From a virus (taxonomy: Duplodnaviria > Caudoviricetes), in the IMG/VR virus record IMGVR_UViG_3300037743_000139, positions 1 to 26,177 of that record: a stretch of DNA of 26,177 bases. One strand, written 5' to 3'. Positions 7,060 to 13,387 of this stretch are shown here, one piece after another. The translations under genes were made by a program, and so were the position numbers. Position 1 is the first letter of the stretch; each line of letters begins with the position of its first letter. The notes below the pieces were generated by a model. That model was not told the origin of the DNA and did no database searches. It saw nothing but the letters and a program-made list of their open reading frames with translations.

Positions 7060-7416
7060 ATGCCGGTGACAGTACGCAATATCGACGCCTCCGCATGGGA
7101 GGCGCAACCAGAATCTCTACTCAAACTCCAGTACCCGGAGCGTCGTCGGTGCTATCGCTGCCGCAACTACCTCGACGGTTTTGGTCCGTTCTGGGGCGTG
7201 TACTGCGGGTATCGATGCGCAGGAAGACCGGCTCCATCCGATGACCCGCGAGACTGGCCCCGTAAGCACTACGGCACAGTAGGTCACTGGAAGACCATGT
7301 ATGACTCGCCGAGTGACCCACGGATCCGGTTCGATGCAGAAAATGGACGCGCAAACGTGTATTTCTGCGACTACTGCGGCTCGTGGCACACAGGCACACT
7401 GAAAAAGGACCGATGA
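7060..7416 (+). CDS. Zn-binding hypothetical protein (118 aa)
   Basis: CYRC, YCGYRC, YFCDYCGSWH; RBS AAGGA. Confidence 0.75.
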   Translation: MPVTVRNIDASAWEAQPESLLKLQYPERRRCYRCRNYLDGFGPFWGVYCGYRCAGRPAPSDDPRDWPRKHYGTVGHWKTMYDSPSDPRIRFDAENGRANVYFCDYCGSWHTGTLKKDR

Positions 7417-7417
7417 C

Positions 7418-7594
7418 ATGGCCGAACAGCACATCGTCACATGTCCTGAGTGTCGCCGAAGCATCGTTCTCCGCTTGGACGGCAAGCTGCGGCATCACAG
7501 CTCAAATAGCCTCTTGGCGTTCGCCAGCTCTCCCGAGCACGCCTGCCCCGGTGGTGGAAAGTCACCTTACGACACGAAGGGATCACGCACATGA
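7418..7594 (+). CDS. Small zinc-finger protein (58 aa)
   Basis: MAEQHIVTCPECRR..DGKLRHH...ACPGGG; RBS AAAGGAC; below the ORF-track cutoff. Confidence 0.7.
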   Translation: MAEQHIVTCPECRRSIVLRLDGKLRHHSSNSLLAFASSPEHACPGGGKSPYDTKGSRT

Positions 7595-7725
7595 CCGAAA
7601 TCGAAATGCTCAGGGCCGCCAACGAGGGTCACGTGCGGATGATCGCCGACCTCGCAGCGGAGCGCGACCAGATCAAGCGTGAACTCGAAGCCGCGCGCAA
7701 GGCGCTGGGAGTCAAAGATGAGTGA
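7591..7725 (+). CDS. Small coiled-coil protein (44 aa)
   Basis: MTEIEMLRAANEGHVRMIADLAAERDQIKRELEAARKALGVKDE; RBS GAAGGGA. Confidence 0.7.
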   Translation: MTEIEMLRAANEGHVRMIADLAAERDQIKRELEAARKALGVKDE

Positions 7726-7990
7726 CCGCAAGTACCCGGTCCGCGACTCGGGTCCCATGTACAACTTCCCGATGCCCACCGAGACGCTGCGAGCCGAGCT
7801 TGCCGAAGCTAAGGCGATGATCGACGCGGCGTTGCGACTGCATACGCCCGTCCTCGAAGGCGTGCAGGGGGAGCTGCCTGACGGTCGATACGGCTACATC
7901 GAACCGGCCTGCTCGACGTGCGGAGATGCGGACGCCCACGGCGTTCCGTGGCCGTGCGACACCGCGAAGGCGCTGGGAATGGTTCCCTGA
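7718..7990 (+). CDS. Hypothetical protein, LH...CxxC...WPC.T type
   Basis: ALRLHTP...CSTC...WPCDTAKAL. Confidence 0.75.
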   Translation: MSDRKYPVRDSGPMYNFPMPTETLRAELAEAKAMIDAALRLHTPVLEGVQGELPDGRYGYIEPACSTCGDADAHGVPWPCDTAKALGMVP

Positions 7991-8005
7991 CCTGCACAAA
8001 CACAC

Positions 8006-8061
8006 AATCTGAGAAAACCTCGACACCCCCTTGCGGACCTCCGTGAGGGGGGTGTTAGGCT
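8006..8061 (+). promoter_or_regulatory. Early-type promoter with dyad over -35/spacer
   Basis: AATCTGAGAAA..TTGCGG-N19-TAGGCT; ACACCCCCTTGCGG/CCGTGAGGGGGGTGT. Confidence 0.75.
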
Positions 8062-8092
8062 CAACCGGACACACGATGAGAGGACACAAGAC

Positions 8093-8287
8093 ATGGTAAA
8101 CATCGAACTGACCGATCAAGAGGCCTCGGACGTTCGCGCCCTGGTCGCATCGGAAGTCATGAGCCTGCGCCTCCGAGCTGGTTCGCTCCCCAACACCGAC
8201 GCCACTAAGGGCTACCTCAAGAACACCCGCGAACGTCTCCAGAGTGTTCTGGAGCGTATGCCTGCCAACACCGACACGGAGGAGTGA
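8093..8287 (+). CDS. Hypothetical protein (64 aa)
   Basis: Follows promoter and GAGAGGAC leader. Confidence 0.8.
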   Translation: MVNIELTDQEASDVRALVASEVMSLRLRAGSLPNTDATKGYLKNTRERLQSVLERMPANTDTEE

Positions 8288-8290
8288 ATC

Positions 8291-8479
8291 ATGGCTCGAA
8301 AAGTTCCGAAGCGCGATTACGGGCAGGCCAAGTCCGCCCCCGCGCGAGCTGCGTCAACCTGGACGCCGTTCGCGGCCCCGAAGGGGCGACAAGACATTGC
8401 GGATGATGTCAAGTACGACGCCTATGACCGGGTGAAGCGCAGCTGGATCACGCACAAGCTGATCGACTACCGCAGCTAG
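8291..8479 (+). CDS. Hypothetical basic protein (62 aa)
   Basis: RBS GGAGGAG; terminator follows. Confidence 0.75.
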   Translation: MARKVPKRDYGQAKSAPARAASTWTPFAAPKGRQDIADDVKYDAYDRVKRSWITHKLIDYRS

Positions 8480-8484
8480 CATCG

Positions 8485-8512
8485 AGCCCCGCACCGAGAG
8501 GTGCGGGGTTTT
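8485..8512 (+). terminator. Intrinsic terminator
   Basis: AGCCCCGCACC-GAGA-GGTGCGGGGTT-TT. Confidence 0.85.
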
Positions 8513-8558
8513 GCTATACTCGGAGAACGACCACATGCCCATGACAGAAGGACACGAC

Positions 8559-8747
8559 ATGCGCATACCAGTATCCGACACGATGCACGCTTACGAGGTC
8601 ACTTCGGCTGACCTGTCGCTTATCAACCTGGTTCGTAACCTGGTGGGCACCAACTTGCCTCTTGACGTTCCTTGGGTACTGCCTTCGGGGAAGGTCATCA
8701 CAGCTGCGGAAATGCGCCGATGGCTGCAATCAGGGTTGACGCAATGA
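8559..8747 (+). CDS. Hypothetical protein (62 aa)
   Basis: RBS GAAGGAC; TGcTATACT extended -10 at 8512-8520. Confidence 0.7.
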   Translation: MRIPVSDTMHAYEVTSADLSLINLVRNLVGTNLPLDVPWVLPSGKVITAAEMRRWLQSGLTQ

Positions 8748-8962
8748 CCGATCCCCGAGTTACCGCGTCCGCCGTCTTGCGGCATATCGCCTTTTGGGGC
8801 GATGAGTCCAGGACTCGCGAGGAGTTGCTAGAACTGGCGAACATGATCGACCGTTTCGAAGACGGCTACTGTCCGCTGTGTCAGCACATCTGCGCTCCGT
8901 CCTGTGCGCTGTACCCGGTCAATGCCGAGGCGCAGGAGATGGAAGCCAGAAAGAACCGCTGA
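8744..8962 (+). CDS. Hypothetical Cys-rich protein (72 aa)
   Basis: ATGA overlap; CPLCQHICAPSC. Confidence 0.7.
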   Translation: MTDPRVTASAVLRHIAFWGDESRTREELLELANMIDRFEDGYCPLCQHICAPSCALYPVNAEAQEMEARKNR

Positions 8963-8975
8963 CCTGCGAAAACAC

Positions 8976-9031
8976 AATTTCAGAAAGTGAACCTCACCCC
9001 CTTGCCGATGATGGCGAGGGGGTGTTAGGCT
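8976..9031 (+). promoter_or_regulatory. Early-type promoter with dyad over -35/spacer
   Basis: AATTTCAGAAA..TTGCCG-N18-TAGGCT; CACCCCCTTGCC/GGCGAGGGGGTG. Confidence 0.8.
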
Positions 9032-9066
9032 TGGTGAACCAAGACCAAAGATGAGAGGATGCGGGC

Positions 9067-9138
9067 ATGACTAAGTGTAGTTCCTGCGGGCACGGCTGCC
9101 CCGGATGCAACCCCAAGCCGAATGGTGGTGGGAAGTAG
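9067..9138 (+). CDS. 23-aa Cys-rich micropeptide MTKCSSCGHGCPGCNPKPNGGGK
   Basis: First ORF with an SD after the promoter and conserved 20-nt leader; TAG overlaps the GTG of the next gene. Confidence 0.65.
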   Translation: MTKCSSCGHGCPGCNPKPNGGGK

Positions 9139-9482
9139 TGGGTAAGCCTGAGATCATCGGGTACCAGACCGACCCGAACAACTGGTCAGCGCCGCGTCTG
9201 CCTGAGATGACGTTCGACCCGGACGGGATATGGGTAGACGGCCCTACCGGAGTCCGGGAACTGGTCGAAGATGTTGACGGCTTCATGCGATACCACGGGT
9301 ACAGGCGGGTCTACAAGCCTCGGAACTTCCGTGCTACGGCTCGATTCGGCGGTTATCATTTCCACTGCAAGGAATGCAACACAACCACGCTGACTTCGGG
9401 TTACCTGCCTCACGACTTCGCAGAACTGCACGCCAAGCAGGATCACAACTGGGTCGGAAAGAGTCGTGACCTGGTAGAATGA
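9138..9482 (+). CDS. Hypothetical protein with C-terminal C2H2-like motif
   Basis: GTG 9138 coupled to the micropeptide stop; CKEC...HAKQDH. Confidence 0.7.
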   Translation: MGKPEIIGYQTDPNNWSAPRLPEMTFDPDGIWVDGPTGVRELVEDVDGFMRYHGYRRVYKPRNFRATARFGGYHFHCKECNTTTLTSGYLPHDFAELHAKQDHNWVGKSRDLVE

Positions 9483-9486
9483 CAGC

Positions 9487-9690
9487 ATGTACACCACCAT
9501 CGTAGGCGAATGGTCTATCGAGACCACGCACCCTATCGACCCCGAAGCACCGGACTACTGCTCAGAGTGCGCGGGCGCGGTCGGGTACACGATCAGCTTC
9601 GCTGTCGACTACGGCTCGCATCAGCACAGCATTCCCGATGAAGAAAACGGCGGGAACCACGTGATCATCGCGCGGCCGGTCGAAGCGTGA
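9487..9690 (+). CDS. Hypothetical protein (67 aa)
   Basis: Fills the gap up to the terminator; CSEC. Confidence 0.7.
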   Translation: MYTTIVGEWSIETTHPIDPEAPDYCSECAGAVGYTISFAVDYGSHQHSIPDEENGGNHVIIARPVEA

Positions 9691-9723
9691 GGTAAGCTCG
9701 AAGTGCATGTAGGTGTGCACTCG

Positions 9724-9758
9724 GAGAGGGCCCGTCCGTGAGGTTGGGCCTTCTCTTT
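9724..9758 (+). terminator. Intrinsic terminator
   Basis: GAGAGGGCCCG/TGGGCCTTCTC + TTT. Confidence 0.75.
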
Positions 9759-9799
9759 CGGCTCGGTGTGTTACCGTGCGCACCGGGGTAGGGAAACTT

Positions 9800-9853
9800 T
9801 CCACGAGAAATCTTGCTAGAAAGGTTGCGCTCAGCGCGGGCGGGTGTTAGGCT
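9800..9853 (+). promoter_or_regulatory. Early-type promoter
   Basis: GAGAAA..TTGCGC-N17-TAGGCT, same GGGTGTTAGGCT end as the 8006 and 8976 promoters. Confidence 0.75.
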
Positions 9854-9893
9854 TTGGAGGCAAGCAACGATCAACGACGCGAGGACGACTGAC

Positions 9894-10118
9894 ATGTCTA
9901 AGGCCACTGAACTGAAGTCCGGTTTCTACATCGCCGCCGCGAAGGGTACCGACGCCGCAACAGTCGCCGCTTTCCTCCTGTTCGACGGACTCAGCAAGTA
10001 CATGCGCCCCGCTGGTGCGTACGCTGTTGTTGAAACCTGCATGTCGCGTTCAGCACTCGCCCACGAAGACCAGCAGGAGATCCTCCGGTTCATGCGCGAA
10101 ATTCGGGTAACCGACTAG
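9894..10118 (+). CDS. Hypothetical protein (74 aa)
   Basis: RBS GAGGAC before ATG 9894. Confidence 0.75.
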   Translation: MSKATELKSGFYIAAAKGTDAATVAAFLLFDGLSKYMRPAGAYAVVETCMSRSALAHEDQQEILRFMREIRVTD

Positions 10119-10168
10119 GTGTGCGGACGGGCCGAAAGGCCCGTCCGCGCCAGACGAAATGGCAGACG

Positions 10169-10465
10169 ATGACAGAGGAAACCGAAACCGAGAAGCACCT
10201 GTACAAGGTGATCGCGTTCGAACGCAAGCAGTCCGAAGACCAGATCAAGCGGTACCATACGCGGATCGACCAGCTTGAGAAGCTGGCTCACAAAAACCAC
10301 GCGATCCGGCTCGTGGAGATCTTGGAAGAGTTCAACTGGGAAGCGTCCAGTACCAAGCTCACCAAGGCACAAGCCAAGGGAGCCGAGTACGTCGTGAAGC
10401 TCCTGCGAGGACTGGCAGACCAGAAACTGGACGAAACCGCAGGTCAAGATCCTGACGGAAAGTAA
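10169..10465 (+). CDS. Hypothetical helical protein (98 aa)
   Basis: MTEETETEKHLYKVIAF...; GC-ending codons; start uncertain. Confidence 0.7.
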   Translation: MTEETETEKHLYKVIAFERKQSEDQIKRYHTRIDQLEKLAHKNHAIRLVEILEEFNWEASSTKLTKAQAKGAEYVVKLLRGLADQKLDETAGQDPDGK

Positions 10466-10518
10466 TCTGAGAAAGTTCGGGTGGCCCCTTGCAGCGAGAT
10501 TCAAGGGGGTGTTAGAGT
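10464..10518 (+). promoter_or_regulatory. Early-type promoter with dyad
   Basis: AATCTGAGAAAG..TTGCAG-N18-TAGAGT; CCCCTTG/CAAGGGG. Confidence 0.8.
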
Positions 10519-10573
10519 TGTCTTCATCAGGGCGGGACGCCCATGAAAAGACCAACGATGATAGGACAAGACC

Positions 10574-10960
10574 ATGCCGAAGCTCTTCGCCACCACCGCC
10601 CACCACACCACTGACGAGAACACCGCCCGCGAAGTGGTCGCGTACATGCTCAACGGCAACCAGGCCGTTACCCGCGAGATCACCCCGAGCATCGTTCTCG
10701 CCGAGATCGACGTGAACGGCTCGACCGTGTACCACGTGATCAGCCTGAACACCAACGGCTACGGCCCCGATGTCGATGTGGACTTCGAAGGCGGGGAAGC
10801 GCTCGCGGAGTGGAAGACGCGCGAACTCGCCAACTTCGCGGACAACGCGGAAGTGGTCGACATCGAATGCTTCACGGTCGAAACCAAGTACGTGCAGCCC
10901 GTGTTCAATCCGAACCGCACCGCATACAACCCAACCAGCTTCGCCTACGGAATCCGCTAG
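10574..10960 (+). CDS. Hypothetical protein (128 aa)
   Basis: Own promoter, conserved leader and terminator; strongly C/G-ending codons. Confidence 0.85.
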   Translation: MPKLFATTAHHTTDENTAREVVAYMLNGNQAVTREITPSIVLAEIDVNGSTVYHVISLNTNGYGPDVDVDFEGGEALAEWKTRELANFADNAEVVDIECFTVETKYVQPVFNPNRTAYNPTSFAYGIR

Positions 10961-10974
10961 GCCGCACACAGCGC

Positions 10975-11006
10975 AGAGCCCCGCCTCTCGGCGGGGCTCT
11001 TGTGTT
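10975..11006 (+). terminator. Intrinsic terminator
   Basis: AGAGCCCCGCC-TCTC-GGCGGGGCTCT-TGTGTT. Confidence 0.85.
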
Positions 11007-11033
11007 CTTCCCGGTAGGGACTGGTATCAAAGA

Positions 11034-11088
11034 TTTTCTGAGAAAGTTCGCCGGATGGCTTGCCGGTACGCCTACCGGGTTGTAGAGT
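11034..11088 (+). promoter_or_regulatory. Early-type promoter with dyad
   Basis: TTTCTGAGAAAG..TTGCCG-N17-TAGAGT; CCGGTA/TACCGG. Confidence 0.8.
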
Positions 11089-11145
11089 TGCGGTTACGGG
11101 GCCGAAAGGCACACACCGAAGACCAAAGATGCGAGGATGATTCAC

Positions 11146-11538
11146 ATGGTCAAGCTGGAAACCTACCTCAACACCGACGACACCGCCGCTATCAAGCGGG
11201 CAGGCTCGTTCTACGCCGACCAGGCCACGGCGGTCGTTCGCCACGCGCAGAGCACCTACCCCCACGGCGACGCCAAGCGCCAGTACATCGACACGGAGCT
11301 GGCTGCGATCGTCGTCAAGTCCGTCGCCTTCACCGGCCGGTTCGTCGCGGAGCACATCAGCAAGCGCAAGTCGGGCCACGGTATCGTCATCACGAAGCGC
11401 AAAGACGGTCAGTTCGCGGTCCTGGTGTTCACCACCAACGCAGAAGGCGTCCGCGAGCACATCAACCTGGGGGTTTTCAAGTTCCATCCGCAGGCGCGCG
11501 ACATCGCTAACCAGCGCTGGGCGCACGCGGGATATTAG
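11146..11538 (+). CDS. Hypothetical protein (130 aa)
   Basis: Own promoter, leader and terminator; ATG 11146 is better spaced from GAGGA than 11137. Confidence 0.85.
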   Translation: MVKLETYLNTDDTAAIKRAGSFYADQATAVVRHAQSTYPHGDAKRQYIDTELAAIVVKSVAFTGRFVAEHISKRKSGHGIVITKRKDGQFAVLVFTTNAEGVREHINLGVFKFHPQARDIANQRWAHAGY

Positions 11539-11544
11539 GAGATT

Positions 11545-11569
11545 AGGCCACCCTACGGGGTGGCCTTTT
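11545..11569 (+). terminator. Intrinsic terminator
   Basis: AGGCCACCC-TACG-GGGTGGCCT-TTT. Confidence 0.9.
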
Positions 11570-11745
11570 CCGCGGGGAAACGTGTAAGCGCTTGCCAGAC
11601 GGGGGAGTGACCCTGCCCGACGCGTATTTGGGTGCTCTGCACCGACAATCAGCCTGAAAAAGAAAAACCCTTTCAAATCGGACACCGACCCCTACCACCG
11701 CTCTCCCTCGCGCTGTGGTAAGCTGGACGTTCACGACGAAAGGAC

Positions 11746-11967
11746 ATGATGATGGCCAAGAAAGATGACACGTTCGACAAGGTCATGAAGGGCCTCAAGG
11801 GCACCAAGGGTGACTCCAACGCCAAGCGCGCCGAGATGGACAAGCGCAAGGCGCGAGCCGAAGATCAAGCGGCCTTCGAACGCTCACGCAGGGACCTGCG
11901 TCGTCGCGCACTCAAGCGCAACGAGGGGGACAACGGCGTGATTGACACAGGCATGTTCGGGTCGTAA
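11746..11967 (+). CDS. Basic hypothetical protein (about 71-73 aa)
   Basis: RBS AAAGGAC, TGgTAAGCT at 11716-11724, terminator downstream. Confidence 0.75.
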   Translation: MMMAKKDDTFDKVMKGLKGTKGDSNAKRAEMDKRKARAEDQAAFERSRRDLRRRALKRNEGDNGVIDTGMFGS

Positions 11968-11983
11968 CTACACAGCTACACAC

Positions 11984-12015
11984 AGGGGCATCCCGCCATG
12001 GGGTGCCCCTTTGTT
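11984..12015 (+). terminator. Intrinsic terminator
   Basis: AGGGGCATCCC/GGGGTGCCCCT + TTGTT. Confidence 0.85.
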
Positions 12016-12339
12016 ATGCCCTGTGTAGCTCTCTAAGCGCCTATACCCGCATACCCTAACCCGTGTAGGCATACGACATGTGAGTCCGTCAGCGTTCCGC
12101 ACAGAGGCCGGACGGGCTATGTGGGTCTAGGACCACGGCCCGCGCTGGCAGGCTTGGCTCTGGGAATTCCCGGGAACGCTTCCCAACAAGGGCGTTGTTA
12201 CTGAACTGTGACCACCAAATCCAAGGGATATCCCAGGTCAGTGCACATATGAGACCATGTACAACCGGGAACCGGGATCACTACCGGGAAGTGCAATTCC
12301 CGCAAGTGAAAAGTAGGGCAGACTGGACATTTGACAACA

Positions 12340-12471
12340 TCAAATGTCAAGATCAGCTCGCCACCTTCGAGCCTCGCGACGCTTGGCTTTGCGCTTGAGT
12401 TGCTTGGGGGTATGCATAGCCCCACAATCGCGACATACGCACACTTTCCACCACGCCTTGCGACCGATCAT
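12340..12471 (-). CDS. Small basic Cys protein (43 aa)
   Basis: MIGRKAWWKVCVCRDCG...KRREARRWR; ATGA overlap with the upstream gene. Confidence 0.65.
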   Translation of the reverse strand: MIGRKAWWKVCVCRDCGAMHTPKQLKRKAKRREARRWRADLDI

Positions 12472-12983
12472 GATTCGATCCCGGGCCGCTCGGGAAATCT
12501 CCCGCCCATACTTGAGTGCCTTGCGCTCAACTCGCGCCCCATCTCCGCGAGCCCCACCCGCAACTCCGCCGTGGCCGCCATCCACTGCTCATCGCTCAGT
12601 TCGGCCGCCTGTAGTGCCCTCTGGAGCACGCTCGCGATGTTCCGTGCCTCCGCCTGCACCGACTCGATGTAGCGCTCTGAGAGGCCAGCTGAGACGGCTG
12701 CACGGGCTACCTGTGCGCCGTGGGCGCGTTCCTCGCGGCTTAGCTTGACCCACTCCCTCAGCTCGCGGCCCTGTCGAGCTCGTGCAATCTCGAAGTCTTT
12801 GGGGTCCCAGTCGTGCGCCTGCGCTTCCAACTCGCGTTCGCGCTGCGCCTCCTGCTCAACTCGCTCATCGACCCACGATGCTCGGTACGCCGAACGGCGT
12901 ACCTCGGTGAGGATCGACTCCCAAGGGCTCACGCTGACTTCGCCGTCCACGGGCATCTGCTGTCGTAGATCTCGGATCGCCAC
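12468..12983 (-). CDS. Probable terminase small subunit
   Basis: All-helical; VSPWESIL.EV...WV and W..L.REER..AQVARAAVSAGLSER...A..IA.VL pattern recalled from actinophage TerS-like proteins; same strand as terL. Confidence 0.5.
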   Translation of the reverse strand: MAIRDLRQQMPVDGEVSVSPWESILTEVRRSAYRASWVDERVEQEAQRERELEAQAHDWDPKDFEIARARQGRELREWVKLSREERAHGAQVARAAVSAGLSERYIESVQAEARNIASVLQRALQAAELSDEQWMAATAELRVGLAEMGRELSARHSSMGGRFPERPGIES

Positions 12984-13025
12984 GGCAAAATTCTCACTTT
13001 CTGTAACCGGATTTCGGGCTTCGCC

Positions 13026-13355
13026 TTGCAGGGATTGCAGGGATTGCAGGGATACTTTGCATTGTTCTCTCTATACAGAACAACACTACTCCGTACACTG
13101 TATATTTACACACTCCTGAACTGGTTAGGTTTTATCCCTGCAATCCCTGCAAGTACCAGGTCAGAGGGTGTTTTATCCCTGCAAGCATCCCTGCAGTATC
13201 CCTGCAAGCATCCCTGCAAGGCCCCAAAATCAGCTCGACTACGCTATGTAGTCTTTTCAGTACAACACATACAGCTTAGAATCGATAACTCTCTGAAGCC
13301 AAACACCCCAACTTGCAGGGATAGCTTGCAGGGATCGACCCCCGATCCCTGCAAG
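13026..13355. repeat. Iteron cluster, probable replication origin
   Basis: 12 copies of TGCAGGGA/TCCCTGCA (5 forward, 7 reverse) around AT-rich spacers, directly downstream of the helicase gene. Confidence 0.85.
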
Positions 13356-13387
13356 GTACCGACCCCCGTTTTCGTCACTCTCCGTAG

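Noticed and set aside
7987-13164. Recurrent CTGACCTG/CAGGTCAG octamer (7987, 8959, 12234, 13157 and others)
   Set aside because: It also occurs within coding regions and is, to my knowledge, common in actinomycete DNA; enrichment cannot be shown without counting.
13026-13355. CRISPR- or TIGR-like array, or the 150-aa ORF 13026..13478
   Set aside because: Repeats are 9-10 nt, in both orientations and irregularly spaced with no uniform spacers; no cas or Nop-domain gene is seen. An iteron origin explains them, and the ORF is a repeat artefact.
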